A stretch of 64,000 nucleotides of DNA. Origin: Nitrospirota bacterium (GTDB taxonomy: Bacteria; Nitrospirota; Nitrospiria; Nitrospirales; Nitrospiraceae). How positions within the stretch are numbered: position 1 is the stretch's first letter; the number at the start of each line of letters is the position of its first letter. The notes beneath the pieces were generated by a model. It was not told the DNA's origin. It saw nothing but the letters and a program-made list of their open reading frames with translations, and did not search any database. Both the position numbers and the translations under genes were made by a program. Shown here in pieces: positions 19,234 through 29,466 of this stretch. Where the stretch lies: positions 224,001-288,000 of the forward strand of contig CAVPGK010000010.1 in assembly GCA_963703955.1 (NCBI GenBank). The letters run 5' to 3'.

Positions 19234-19875
19234 TCAACCTGAATCCTTGCCCCGCACCAGCGCCTGCGCTGCTTTGAATGCGGCCTCCATGTCCGGGAGT
19301 TGGGCCAACTCGGGTGTCACCTGCATGTACTGAATCACGTTATTCTTGTCCACGACCAGGACCGACCGGGCAAGGATGTGCGGATCTTTGACGAGCAATC
19401 CGTAGGTTTTTCCGAAATCTCCGCCACGATAGTCCGACAAAAACGTGACGTTGTTGATTTTGGCTTCCTCGGCGAACCGTTTTTGCGCAAACGGCGTATC
19501 GACGCTCAGAGTAATCAGCTCGACGTTCTTGTCCAGACCATTGTTCTTCTCGCTCAGATAATGGGTCTGCTGCTCGCAGACCTTCGTGTCGAGCGAGGGG
19601 ACGAGGCTGATGATCCTGACCTTGCCTTTGGTGTCCGCAATATTCAATAGCGAGAGATCGTTCTTGGCGACCTTGACGTCACGGAGAGTGTCTCCCACTG
19701 TGATGCCCGGGCCTTCCAGGGCCAGCGGGGCGCCTTTAAACGTGACCGTATGTCCCTCGCCGGCCATCGCGCTTTCGCTGGCGACAGGAAGGTTCTTATA
19801 CGTGAAGCCGCATCCCGCCGAGCCAGTCAGGATCATAGAGACGACGAAGATGGAAAATAGACACGATCGTGCCAT
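19234..19875 (-). CDS. tpx: Thiol peroxidase (Tpx-type peroxiredoxin) with lipoprotein-like signal peptide
   Basis: VTFKG.P, VPSLDTKVCEQQT, S.DTPFAQKRF, LSDYR, FG..YG, LARSV.VVD. Confidence 0.9.
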   Translation of the reverse strand: MARSCLFSIFVVSMILTGSAGCGFTYKNLPVASESAMAGEGHTVTFKGAPLALEGPGITVGDTLRDVKVAKNDLSLLNIADTKGKVRIISLVPSLDTKVCEQQTHYLSEKNNGLDKNVELITLSVDTPFAQKRFAEEAKINNVTFLSDYRGGDFGKTYGLLVKDPHILARSVLVVDKNNVIQYMQVTPELAQLPDMEAAFKAAQALVRGKDSG

Positions 19876-19952
19876 GGTTCCTCCTTACCGATGAAGGTTT
19901 TGTCTCGAGCGTGTCTGTCTCTATACCGCGTGTCATGGGGGACGTGAGAGTG

Positions 19953-20897
19953 TCAAGGCGCTAAGAACTTCATCAGAAGCGGATTGACCAGGTCCGGCCG
20001 TTCCCACATGGGGATGTGCCCGGCCTCCGGAATCAATTCGAGCATCGCGTTCGGAACGGTGGAGGCGAGGTCTCGACCGACCTGCGGAGGAAAGACCTTG
20101 TCCCGCGCTCCCCAGACAATCATAGCCGGGTGGCGAATCTGTCCGAGCCGGGTGGCGAATCCCGTCTCCCATTCCGGGAGGTGTGTGAGGAGGTCGAGCA
20201 ACGGGCCAATCATGCCAGATCGCTTGCGGTTGCGATAGGAGCGTTCAACGACGGTCGGAGTCAGCAAGCCGGGATCGTGCACCATTTCGGTGAGCACCGT
20301 CCGCGTGACGCCAAGGCCGGTGAACCGGTTCCCAAATTTGATGAGCCAAGCAGGCGCCCAGGTGTCAATGGCCCGCTGCATAAGCGGACTCGTCAATTTT
20401 TCTCTCACGTGATCCGGAAATCCGCCGATCAGGACGACCCGGTCCACTCGCTCCGGGTGGGTGAGCGCCATGCCGATGACCACTCCGGCTCCCATGGAGT
20501 TGCCGACCAGCGACGCACGTGGAATATTCAGGGCGTCCATGAATCCGCGGAAGGACTCCACGAGGCGCGCTGGTGTGTAAGCAATGTCCGGCTTGTCGGA
20601 GAATCCCGATCCCAGCAAATCCAGCGTGACGATCCGGTGACCAGCGGACAGCGACCCCTGCTGGTGCTCCCATTGCCAGAGCGCGCCCCCGAACCCATGG
20701 ATCAGAATCACAGGGGGACCTGTGCCTTCATCCAGATATGCCAGGCGGTGTCCTTCGACCAGCGCGGTCTTCACCGGCATGCGGTGAACGGCATCGAACC
20801 ACTGCGGGATACCGGAATGGGCAGAGCACGCGGTCAGGAAGAGCGGTATGATCATGAAGAAGGCGGTCGGCCATGCGAGCGACGGGTCCCGCCGCAT
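19953..20897 (-). CDS. Alpha/beta hydrolase, probable lipoprotein
   Basis: LIHGFGG, DLLGSGFSDKP, GNSMG, WGARD, GHIP; LTAC lipobox. Confidence 0.9.
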   Translation of the reverse strand: MRRDPSLAWPTAFFMIIPLFLTACSAHSGIPQWFDAVHRMPVKTALVEGHRLAYLDEGTGPPVILIHGFGGALWQWEHQQGSLSAGHRIVTLDLLGSGFSDKPDIAYTPARLVESFRGFMDALNIPRASLVGNSMGAGVVIGMALTHPERVDRVVLIGGFPDHVREKLTSPLMQRAIDTWAPAWLIKFGNRFTGLGVTRTVLTEMVHDPGLLTPTVVERSYRNRKRSGMIGPLLDLLTHLPEWETGFATRLGQIRHPAMIVWGARDKVFPPQVGRDLASTVPNAMLELIPEAGHIPMWERPDLVNPLLMKFLAP

Positions 20898-20899
20898 GG

Positions 20900-22873
20900 C
20901 TACTCCAATTGGATCAATGTCTCGTCCGTCTTTACGTCGTCGCCGTCTTTGACGTAGAGGGCGGCCACGGTCCCGTCAACCGGAGCTGGGACCCGACTTT
21001 CCATCTTCATCGCTTCAATGATCAAGACGGGTTGGCCCTGTTCGACTCTGTCGCCCTTCGAGACGAGCACTTTGACCACTCGGCCGGGCATGGGAGAGGC
21101 GATATCGCCGGGCTTCGTGGGCCGAGGACGTTTCGGCGTGGCCGGCGAACCAGACTCGGGCGCTTCCGGCACTCCGGCCAATACCTCTTGGAGCGGTTCC
21201 AGATAGACTTCTTCCAGCTTCTCGTTGACGCGAATGTAATACGGCTTGCGTCCCTCTTTCTTGCGGCCGGCCCCCGACACTCGGATGTGGTAGGACTCCC
21301 CGTGCAGCGTGAGGTTGAACTCGACCGGCGCGAGGTGGAGTTCGTGGGCTACGACCGGGCCTTTCTCCGGCGGAGGCTCCAGGGCTTCGGGCTTCAGCTC
21401 CCCGCGCTCCCGCTGGTCGAAGAATTCGCGGCTGACGGCGGGGAACAGCGCGAACGACAGCACATCCTCGATCGATGTGGCTTTCTCGCCGAGTTCGGCC
21501 TTGACTGCATCCAGTTCCGGTTCCAATCGATCGGCCGGTCGGCCCTTCACCGGGTCTTCATCGCCGATGGCACGGCGTAGGACGTCGGGGTTGAGCGGAC
21601 CGGGTGGCCGTCCATAGAGCCCAAGGAAGTAGTTCTTCGTCTCATTCGTGATCACCTTGTATCGCTCGCCGGTCAAGATGTTGAGCGTCGCTTGGGTGCC
21701 GACAATTTGGCTGCTCGGGGTGACCAACGGAGGGTACCCCATATCCTTGCGGACGCGCGGGACTTCCTCCAACACGTCTCGCATCTTGTCCAGCGCGTTC
21801 TGTTCAACCAACTGCGCGGCGAGATTGGACAGCATGCCGCCCGGAATCTGGGAGGAGAGAATCTCCGCATCAACGCCGGTGAAATCGCTTTCAAACTGAT
21901 GGTACTTTTTTCGAACGGACCGAAAGTGCTCGGCGATCGGCACGAACCGCGGCAGTTCCAAGCCGGTGTCGTACGGGGTATTTCGCAAGGCGGCGACCAA
22001 CGTTTCGGTCGGCGGATGGGACGTGCCGCCTGCCAAGGGTGAGATGGCCGTGTCCAACATGTCCAATCCGCCGAGCACGGCCATGAGGGCGGACATGGAG
22101 GCCATCCCGGAGGTGTAGTGCGAATGGAGATGGATCGGGACCCGCACCGCCGCCTTCAGTCGTTTCACGAGTTGGAACGCATCGAATGGTGCCAGAAGGC
22201 CCGCCATGTCTTTGATACAGATCGTGTCGCTGCCGAGGTCTTCCAGTCGCCTCGCCTGCTCGACAAATCGATTGAGGCTGTGGACCGGGCTGACCGTGTA
22301 GCAGATCGACCCTTCAAGGTGTTTACCGCAGGCTTTGACAGCCCGCATGGCCTGTTCCATGTTCCGGATGTCATTCAAGGCGTCGAAGACACGGAACACA
22401 TCGATCCCGTTGGCCGCCGACCGTTCGATGAATCGCTCGAGCACATCGTCGGCGTAGTGCCGATAGCCGACGACGTTCTGGCCGCGCAAGAGCATCTGCA
22501 TCCGGGTGTTCGGCATCGCAGCGCGGAGGGCGCGGAGTCGTTCCCAGGGGTCCTCTTTGAGGAAGCGCAGGCAGGTGTCGAACGTCGCGCCGCCCCAGAC
22601 TTCCAGTGACCAGTAGCCTACGGAGTCGAGTTTCTCGGCGATGGGCAACATGTCCTCAGTCCGCATCCGCGTGGCCAGCAGCGACTGGTGGCCGTCGCGA
22701 AGAACGACATCCGTGATCAACAACTTCTTGGCCGGCGCAGGGCTGAGGTCAAACGCGTCTCGGCGTTGCGGGGATCGGCTCCGTGATGAATGGAGTGGCG
22801 TTCTGGTGGGTTGCCCGGATAGATGGCTCCGAGGGCTCCGGGTGACTTTTTTCTTTTGTATCGGTCTAGCCAT
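20900..22873 (-). CDS. pycB: Pyruvate carboxylase subunit B (carboxyltransferase + biotin carrier), OadA/PycB family
   Basis: LRDGHQSL, WGGATFD, IKDMAG, HLHSH, PLVTP.SQIVG, EAMKME biotinylation motif. Confidence 0.85.
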   Translation of the reverse strand: MARPIQKKKVTRSPRSHLSGQPTRTPLHSSRSRSPQRRDAFDLSPAPAKKLLITDVVLRDGHQSLLATRMRTEDMLPIAEKLDSVGYWSLEVWGGATFDTCLRFLKEDPWERLRALRAAMPNTRMQMLLRGQNVVGYRHYADDVLERFIERSAANGIDVFRVFDALNDIRNMEQAMRAVKACGKHLEGSICYTVSPVHSLNRFVEQARRLEDLGSDTICIKDMAGLLAPFDAFQLVKRLKAAVRVPIHLHSHYTSGMASMSALMAVLGGLDMLDTAISPLAGGTSHPPTETLVAALRNTPYDTGLELPRFVPIAEHFRSVRKKYHQFESDFTGVDAEILSSQIPGGMLSNLAAQLVEQNALDKMRDVLEEVPRVRKDMGYPPLVTPSSQIVGTQATLNILTGERYKVITNETKNYFLGLYGRPPGPLNPDVLRRAIGDEDPVKGRPADRLEPELDAVKAELGEKATSIEDVLSFALFPAVSREFFDQRERGELKPEALEPPPEKGPVVAHELHLAPVEFNLTLHGESYHIRVSGAGRKKEGRKPYYIRVNEKLEEVYLEPLQEVLAGVPEAPESGSPATPKRPRPTKPGDIASPMPGRVVKVLVSKGDRVEQGQPVLIIEAMKMESRVPAPVDGTVAALYVKDGDDVKTDETLIQLE

Positions 22874-22894
22874 GTCTGACGTCTTGTCTCAGTT

Positions 22895-22988
22895 GTATTC
22901 CAGGATCCTCAACTGCTCTCCAACGAGGCCCGAGGGTGAGGCATCCAATTGAAGTACGTTGAAGTTAAGGACCATTCTCAGCATCCTG
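22895..22988. repeat. Degenerate copy of the CAGGATGCT...AGCATCCTG repeat family
   Basis: CAGGATCCTCAA...CAACGAGGCC...TACGTTGA...TCAGCATCCTG, colinear with the 4495-4621 element. Confidence 0.55.
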
Positions 22989-22989
22989 T

Positions 22990-24411
22990 TCACAACCCTT
23001 CGTAAGCGGCGATCGCCGCTGATATGGCGACCACCAAATCTTCAGGTTCCAGCGTTTCATGGTAATCGAACACGTGCGAATGGGTCTCCAAATAGGAGGT
23101 ATCGAACCGACCCGCTCGAAAGTCGGCATCTTCCATAATGCGCTTCAAGAATGGAATGGTGGTCTTCACCCCGCGCAGGACGTACTCCTCGAGAGAGCGG
23201 TGCATCCGGCTGACGGTTTCGTCCCACGTGCGGCCTCTCACCGTAAGCTTGGCGAGCAACGCGTCGTAATACGGCGGCACGACGTAGTCCTTGTACACGG
23301 CACCATCGATGCGCACACCGATTCCGCCGGGGGAGAGATAGGCCGTGATCACCCCGGTCGACGGTCTGAAGTTGTTGCGCGGATCCTCGGCGTTGATCCG
23401 GCACTGTATGGCATGTCCCTGAAGGGTGACGTCTTCCTGCCGGATTTCCAGCGGCTCACCGGCGGCAATGGAAATCTGCGACCGGACGATGTCCACCGCC
23501 GTGATCTGCTCCGTCACCGTGTGTTCCACCTGAATCCGCGGATTCATTTCGATGAAATAGAAGCGTCCCTCGGAGTCCAGAAGGAATTCGACGGTCCCCG
23601 CGTTATCATAATCCACAGCCCGGGCGATGGCGATGGCGGCCTCGCCCATGTCCTTGCGCAGGCGGGGAGTCAGAACCAACGACGGCGCAATCTCGATCAG
23701 CTTTTGGTGGCGCCGCTGGATCGAGCAATCGCGTTCACCGAGATGAATGACATTGCCATGCCGGTCCGCCAATATCTGGAATTCAATGTGATGCGGTCTC
23801 TCCACGTACTTTTCGATAAACACGCTCCCGTCGCCGAAGGACGCCAATGCCTCTCGAGAGGAGACCTCCATGCCGTCTCGAAGCTCCTCGTCCGAGCGGA
23901 CGACCCGAAGGCCGCGACCACCTCCTCCGGCGCTGGCTTTGATCATGACCGGATAGCCGGCCGTTCGACAAAACGCAAGCGCCTCATTGACCGCGGCCAC
24001 CCCTCCGTCGGTGCCGGGCACCAGCGGGACGCCGACCTCTTTCGCCAACTCCTTTGCCTTGACCTTGTTGCCCATCATATGAATCGCCTGGGGCGAAGGA
24101 CCGATGAAGGTGACTCCCGATGCCTCGCACAGGTGGGCGAACTGGGCGTTCTCAGCGAGAAATCCGTAACCGGGGTGAATCGCGTCGGCCCCAATGCGCT
24201 GGGCCAGATCCACGATCTGCTGCATGTCCAGGAACCCCTTGACGGGACCGGGACCGACCAAGTACGCCTCGTCGGCCTTCTTGACGTAGATGCCGGTCGA
24301 ATCCTGTTCGGAATAGATCGCGGCGGTGGCGATGCTCAATTCGCGGCATGCCCGGATGATCCGCATGGCGATTTCACCACGGTTGGCCACAAGAATTTTC
24401 TTAAACATCAT
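22990..24411 (-). CDS. pycA: Biotin carboxylase (pyruvate carboxylase subunit A)
   Basis: ANRGEIA, HPGYGFLAEN, GGGGRG, RDCSIQRRHQK, EMNPRIQVEH, RINAED; adjacent to pycB. Confidence 0.88.
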   Translation of the reverse strand: MMFKKILVANRGEIAMRIIRACRELSIATAAIYSEQDSTGIYVKKADEAYLVGPGPVKGFLDMQQIVDLAQRIGADAIHPGYGFLAENAQFAHLCEASGVTFIGPSPQAIHMMGNKVKAKELAKEVGVPLVPGTDGGVAAVNEALAFCRTAGYPVMIKASAGGGGRGLRVVRSDEELRDGMEVSSREALASFGDGSVFIEKYVERPHHIEFQILADRHGNVIHLGERDCSIQRRHQKLIEIAPSLVLTPRLRKDMGEAAIAIARAVDYDNAGTVEFLLDSEGRFYFIEMNPRIQVEHTVTEQITAVDIVRSQISIAAGEPLEIRQEDVTLQGHAIQCRINAEDPRNNFRPSTGVITAYLSPGGIGVRIDGAVYKDYVVPPYYDALLAKLTVRGRTWDETVSRMHRSLEEYVLRGVKTTIPFLKRIMEDADFRAGRFDTSYLETHSHVFDYHETLEPEDLVVAISAAIAAYEGL

Positions 24412-24639
24412 GGAGGGCAACCACTTGGACGGCTGAAGTACTGCTGGCCGGTCGCAGAGCGAAGTAAGCTACCACAATGCCTTGAATATTGTCTATTGCT
24501 GGAGATGTGGGAGCGGCACGCGGCGATGGGTGACGAAGGAGGAGGAAAGATGGAGATGAAAGCATCGAGCAGGAGGCAATGGGTAAGTCAAAAGGCTTGG
24601 CTTCTGGCCCCTCTCCCATCGCCTCTCGCCCGACGGACC

Positions 24640-25104
24640 TTACTTGCTCTTGATCAACACAGGTCTTGATTGGGCGCTGCCGCCTCCAGCTACCACGATC
24701 ACAAAGCTCATCCCCGGTTTCGCGTTAGGAACTGTGGCCTCGATGGTCGTGTCGTTTACGTACTTGTAATCAATTTTCGTTCCGGCAGCCGAGCTGAACG
24801 TGACCCCATGGAGACACTCTTTGGTGCCGAAATTTTCTCCCTTGATCGTGACGCGTTCGCCCGGATTCGCTTCATCCGGTTCGACCTTGGTGATCCTAGG
24901 CCGCTTTGAGCGATCACACACGGGGTCGCTGGTGATCTTGCTCTCATCGAACCCCTTTATCGATTCCGTCTCGAACAAACTGAACCCGGAACCTTCTACA
25001 GTGGATCCTTCTTCTGCGCCCCAGGCCGTTCTGGTCGTGATTGACCCCCCCGTCACCGCGACCGCGAGTATTAGGATGAAAACAGCCGAAAAATGCCTCA
25101 CCAT
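24640..25104 (-). CDS. Exported IPT/TIG domain protein
   Basis: Signal peptide; P.ITKVEP..A.PGERVTIKGENFG; RBS GGAGG. Confidence 0.8.
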   Translation of the reverse strand: MVRHFSAVFILILAVAVTGGSITTRTAWGAEEGSTVEGSGFSLFETESIKGFDESKITSDPVCDRSKRPRITKVEPDEANPGERVTIKGENFGTKECLHGVTFSSAAGTKIDYKYVNDTTIEATVPNAKPGMSFVIVVAGGGSAQSRPVLIKSK

Positions 25105-25126
25105 ACCGCCTCCTTCATAATAAAGG

Positions 25127-25960
25127 TTATGGTTTCTGGCCCAACGGAGTATAGAATTCGTTATCAATGATGGTTTGTCCTTCCTTGCTCAGGGCAAAGG
25201 CGGCAAATGCTTCTGCCGTTGGATTGGGTTCTTTCTTGGTCAGAAGAAGAAGCGGGCGGCGGAGTTTGTACCGGCCGTCCTTGACGGGTGGTTCTTCGGC
25301 TTCGACCTTGTCGACGGGGAGCAACCGAACGGCTACGCCCGCGCTGACCGCTTCCAGAGCTTGTCCCAGCGAAATATAGGTGACGGCCGAGAGAGGAGGA
25401 AGCGTGCCCACCACGGTCTTGATGGCTTTATCATCCGGGCCGATGACTTTCGCGGAATCCGAAATCTTCCCGACAATCCCCAGGTGCTGCTCAAACGTGT
25501 CTCGAATATTGCGGTTCTTCGGCCGGTCGATGATCAAGATCTTGGTCTCCGGTCCCCCTAAGTCCGACCAAAACTTGACCTTTCCGGAAAAGATTTCCGC
25601 AACCTGCTCTGTGGTGACTTCTTTCGTATGATTGGAGAGATTGACCATGACGGCAATGCCGTCCCAGCCGATTTGGGTCGCGCCCAAATTGGGATCTTCT
25701 CTTCCAGTCACCGCAATCTGAGCTTGACCGGACAGGACGATTTCGACCGGTTTCGAGTTTTCATCCCACAGAACATCCACATAGGCTCGTGGATTGGCCT
25801 TCTCAAACGCTCTGGCCAACTTTTCGACCAGGTGTTGCTCGGGACCATTCCCGGCAATGGCCAATGAACCGGAAGCGGCTCCTTCGGCAGCGTATGATGG
25901 CACATAGATCGCGACGGAGAAAGGAAGCAGAACAAGTGCGATTAGGACCTGAATGATCAT
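25127..25960 (-). CDS. Periplasmic substrate-binding protein (PstS-like fold)
   Basis: DGIAVMVN..N, QVAEIFSGKVKFWSDLGG, Y.L.RPL, F.LS.EGQ. Confidence 0.8.
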   Translation of the reverse strand: MIIQVLIALVLLPFSVAIYVPSYAAEGAASGSLAIAGNGPEQHLVEKLARAFEKANPRAYVDVLWDENSKPVEIVLSGQAQIAVTGREDPNLGATQIGWDGIAVMVNLSNHTKEVTTEQVAEIFSGKVKFWSDLGGPETKILIIDRPKNRNIRDTFEQHLGIVGKISDSAKVIGPDDKAIKTVVGTLPPLSAVTYISLGQALEAVSAGVAVRLLPVDKVEAEEPPVKDGRYKLRRPLLLLTKKEPNPTAEAFAAFALSKEGQTIIDNEFYTPLGQKP

Positions 25961-26057
25961 GGAGCCTCCTGGAGGCCAGCGTGACGCAACGCACGGCTTC
26001 GACCGCGGGGTCGACTGGGCGTGAGTTGAGCCGGTTGCGTGGGGGAGGGACACGGCT

Positions 26058-26390
26058 TCAGGGCTTGACTTTTTTCCCATCCGCTTTCGGCGACGAGACG
26101 TTCGGTGCGCCGAAGATTTCTCCCGGTGGGGGAGGGTCGGCGCGTTTCCCGTAAGCGGGAGGCAGCTTGCTGAATTTGTGCATCCGTTCGTTCAGCTGGC
26201 TGTATGCCTTCATCTCGGCAAACCCCGTCTTGTGATCCCCCACGATTTTCGACGCGAAAGCCGACATGAGCCGCGTCGCTTTCTTCGCCTGACAATGAGG
26301 GCACACGGTGTCTTCCGCCCGCACCGTAACCGACTGGGCTACTTCAAATTGCTCGCCGCACGCTTCGCACCGATATTCATACAGCGGCAT
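26058..26390 (-). CDS. FmdB-family zinc-ribbon protein
   Basis: MPLYEYRCEACG.FE...CPHC...RLMS. Confidence 0.9.
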   Translation of the reverse strand: MPLYEYRCEACGEQFEVAQSVTVRAEDTVCPHCQAKKATRLMSAFASKIVGDHKTGFAEMKAYSQLNERMHKFSKLPPAYGKRADPPPPGEIFGAPNVSSPKADGKKVKP

Positions 26391-26572
26391 GACTATACTC
26401 CTCCACGAGACTAAGATAACTGCAACATTATAACCCAAGCGACCCCTCGAGGCCACCCTTAATGAGGCCGGTCAACGAACCCGGGTGACCATGGACGGAC
26501 CTTGACCGGCCAGGAAACAGTCGGGTATCTTAACAGGTTACTGATAACGGTGAACTGAGTAGGGAGGAGGAG

Positions 26573-26749
26573 ATGTCACTGCTGATTCGGAAGTACAAGC
26601 TGACCACCGGAATGATGCAAGAAGAACGGATCGACGACCCGGAGAGGATCGAGCGCTACATGCGCTTGTTCGAAAAGGAGGACATCAAGAAACTCCAAGC
26701 CGGTGGAAAGGTTTTCATCGAAAAGGACGAGTGGCAACTCCTCCCCTAG
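26573..26749 (+). CDS. 58-aa hypothetical protein (below the ORF-track cutoff)
   Basis: Strong RBS GGAGGAGGAG; MSLLIRKYKLTTGMMQEERIDDPERIERYMRLFEKEDIKKLQAGGKVFIEKDEWQLLP*. Confidence 0.75.
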   Translation: MSLLIRKYKLTTGMMQEERIDDPERIERYMRLFEKEDIKKLQAGGKVFIEKDEWQLLP

Positions 26750-26864
26750 GGTTCCCTCTCAATCCGCTTCCCCCATCCGACCGTCTGTTCATTCCTGCCG
26801 TGCATTGCGAGCCGAACGGGGCTCGTGATAGGGTCTGCTGGAGACCAGCAGAGGGGGCAAGATC

Positions 26865-27068
26865 ATGATCTACTGGGTCCACATCGCACGGTCGATCGAC
26901 CGTGCGACCTTGCACCGCGAGCGGTGTTCCGAGGTTCCGTCCAACTATACGCGAACGGATTTCTGGGAAGGCGGATGGTTCGACTACCCGGACAAGGAAC
27001 GAGCGTTGGCGGCAATGGAACAAGCCGGGACGACCTTCCAGAAAAAGTGCACCCTGTGCAAGCCTTAA
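26865..27068 (+). CDS. 67-aa hypothetical protein, possibly Zn-binding (H-x3-C ... CxxC)
   Basis: ATLHRERC...W...CTLCKP; GAGGGG upstream. Confidence 0.65.
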   Translation: MIYWVHIARSIDRATLHRERCSEVPSNYTRTDFWEGGWFDYPDKERALAAMEQAGTTFQKKCTLCKP

Positions 27069-27154
27069 CCGGGAGGCCAAGTTTCGAGTGCTGAGTTTGT
27101 GAGTTCTGAGTTCGAACTCATACCTTATTAACACAATAGTCAGAACCGCATTCG

Positions 27155-28027
27155 ATGATTCCTCAGCTTGCCCTGCTGCTCACGACCTTAATCTGGGGGG
27201 CCACCTTTCCGGTCACCAAGGTGGTGCTTGAGCAAATCCCGCCTCTCTCTTTTCTGTTTCTTCGGTTTCTGTTGGGTGCGCTGCTCACCCTGGCGATTGT
27301 CATGATCATGGGGCGTCACCTGCGGTTGGATCGCCCACTGCTCCGTATGAGCCTGATTACCACTGGCTGGCTGTTCCTCGGCTATGTCCTGCAGACCGAG
27401 GGGTTGCGCTATACGACCGCGTCCAACTCAGCCTTTATCACCGCGCTATACGTGGTATTCGTTCCACTGTTCGTAAGGCGATTCGAAACCCGCATCTGGA
27501 TTGCAGCCGGTCTCGCCATGCTGGGACTGTGGCTGTTGGTCGAGCCCAGCGTCACGATAAACCTCGGCGACGTGATGACGCTTGGCTGTGCCGCCGCCTT
27601 CGCCGTACACATCATCTGTTTAGAACGGTACACTCGGGAAACCGACCCGGTCTTGCTCTTCCTGTGGCAACTACTGTTCGTCACCGTCACCATGCTGCCC
27701 GCTATGGCTTTGGAAGCGCCCGGGGCAGTTGCCTTCACTCCAACCGGTGTATTGCTGCTGGCCTTGTTGATTACCGGTGTTTTGGCCACGGGCGCGTTCG
27801 CCGTGCAGATGTGGGTGCAGCAGCTTGTGCCGGCACAGCGTGTCGCATTGATCTTCTCATTGGAGCCGGCCTACGCCGCCTGGCTGTCCTGGTACTTTCT
27901 CAGTGAGCGCTTGAACCCTAAAGGATGGGTCGGCAGCGGTCTCATTCTCGCGGCGGTACTGCTCGGCTCCATGTCCAAAGAGGTGGTTAGCGTGAGTCAG
28001 CCAGTCAAAGCATCGCCCGCGCTCTGA
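27155..28027 (+). CDS. EamA/DMT family transporter
   Basis: IWG.TF...K, RF, GL.YT.AS.SAFI, LEP; about 10 TM. Confidence 0.92.
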   Translation: MIPQLALLLTTLIWGATFPVTKVVLEQIPPLSFLFLRFLLGALLTLAIVMIMGRHLRLDRPLLRMSLITTGWLFLGYVLQTEGLRYTTASNSAFITALYVVFVPLFVRRFETRIWIAAGLAMLGLWLLVEPSVTINLGDVMTLGCAAAFAVHIICLERYTRETDPVLLFLWQLLFVTVTMLPAMALEAPGAVAFTPTGVLLLALLITGVLATGAFAVQMWVQQLVPAQRVALIFSLEPAYAAWLSWYFLSERLNPKGWVGSGLILAAVLLGSMSKEVVSVSQPVKASPAL

Positions 28028-28042
28028 CGGAAACAAGCACGG

Positions 28043-28510
28043 ATGGCCCAAAAGTTTGGGAATTCGCGATGGGTGAAAGACGGTTTCTTGGACAACCGCA
28101 CGACCGGTTGCGTCGTGGGCCGGATCACCTTTGCGGCGCTGGGCCCGGTTGATCTATACCTCAAGGGTGATTGCAAAGGAGAAATCGCCGGCAAGGCCAT
28201 CCGTTTTGCCAATCGCGGTTTTACCGACGAAGATTTGGCTGGGCACGTGTTAGGCGACTTTGAGATTCCGCATGTCGGCGAAGTGAGTCTGATTTCGTTT
28301 GATCCACATCCCATGTTAGCTCCTCACCCCTATATCGAGTGGTTCTCGATTCAGAAGAACCATTACCGCATCGAACTCTCCCCAGGCGATGCCTGGATTC
28401 TCACAGGCGATGAAGCCGCCGAACTGGATCAGGACAGCCAAGCGATTCGTGCCGCACTCGGTTCACAGGTTCGCTCCACGCGCGATCGAGAAGAGTCCGA
28501 GTGGATCTGA
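28043..28510 (+). CDS. Conserved hypothetical protein
   Basis: Open 155-aa frame co-oriented 15 nt after the DMT gene. Confidence 0.7.
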   Translation: MAQKFGNSRWVKDGFLDNRTTGCVVGRITFAALGPVDLYLKGDCKGEIAGKAIRFANRGFTDEDLAGHVLGDFEIPHVGEVSLISFDPHPMLAPHPYIEWFSIQKNHYRIELSPGDAWILTGDEAAELDQDSQAIRAALGSQVRSTRDREESEWI

Positions 28511-28550
28511 AGGCGGAATGACGTACAAGTGAGCCGCGGAGATTGCCGTT

Positions 28551-29351
28551 ATGGAGCAGTTGTTACTGCTGGTTGTTATCGTAATCCTTCTCGCTCTTCT
28601 AGTGGTGCTTCTTTACGGCTTCTATAGGATACGCCGGAGGTTTTATACCGTTCAGGAAGAGTTGCACCATCGGTTTGCTTACGAATTGGAAAAACAGTTG
28701 CGTCAGTCTGAGGCTTTAGCTTGGCTATTCATTGAATTAGGTCTCAAGAAAAGCTTACCGGGCACCCGCCCAATCATGACGATGACCGGCATTGGAGTTT
28801 GGGTCGCTGCTCCAGACTTCCTGAGGGAGATTGCGCTCCACGCGATTCATGCTCATCCGAAAGTGATCGTTGAGTGTGGTAGTGGAGTATCGACAGTCGT
28901 TCTTGCTCGTTGTATGGAGATCAATCAGGCTGGACATGTTTACAGCCTAGAGCATTTGCCTGAGTATGCTGAGCAGACCCGCCAAGAACTCGAAAGGCAT
29001 TCCCTGCAAGATTGGGCGTCGATTTTGACGGCACCTCTTCGTCCCTATGAAATTAAGGGAGAGACATATGCTTGGTATTCGACTGAGGAACTGCCATCAA
29101 TGGCATTTGACATGTTGGTCGTCGATGGTCCTCCGGGCGATATCGGCAACCTTGCCAGATATCCGGCTGGCCCTGTTTTATTCGGCCGACTAAACGATAC
29201 GGCTGCTGTCTTCCTGGACGATTCCAATCGAGAGCAGGAAAAGGTTACCCTCCAGCGATGGGCTGAAGAATTCCGACAATTCCGTCAAGAGGCAAGGAAT
29301 TGTGAGAGAGGATGCGCAGTTCTGTGGAAGGATACACAGAGGATCTCTTGA
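28551..29351 (+). CDS. Class I SAM-dependent methyltransferase with N-terminal membrane anchor
   Basis: IVECGSGVST, SLEH, FDMLVVDGPP, RYPA, FLDD. Confidence 0.85.
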   Translation: MEQLLLLVVIVILLALLVVLLYGFYRIRRRFYTVQEELHHRFAYELEKQLRQSEALAWLFIELGLKKSLPGTRPIMTMTGIGVWVAAPDFLREIALHAIHAHPKVIVECGSGVSTVVLARCMEINQAGHVYSLEHLPEYAEQTRQELERHSLQDWASILTAPLRPYEIKGETYAWYSTEELPSMAFDMLVVDGPPGDIGNLARYPAGPVLFGRLNDTAAVFLDDSNREQEKVTLQRWAEEFRQFRQEARNCERGCAVLWKDTQRIS

Positions 29352-29466
29352 TGCCGATTCAACCCGGCGCACCGGACTGATGGGTCGCGCGAATAGGACT
29401 GATTGGAGGGAACCACATAATCTAGTAGTGATGGGATAATCGATCGAATCGAAAAGGGTACCGACT

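Noticed and set aside
23059..24669. 536-aa plus-strand ORF and similar long antisense ORFs (20016, 44349)
   Set aside because: Shadows of well-supported opposite-strand genes in GC-rich DNA
27080..27120. Short GAGTTCT-like tandem repeats as a CRISPR array
   Set aside because: Units of 7-8 nt without spacers; no cas genes and no CRISPR array anywhere in the window
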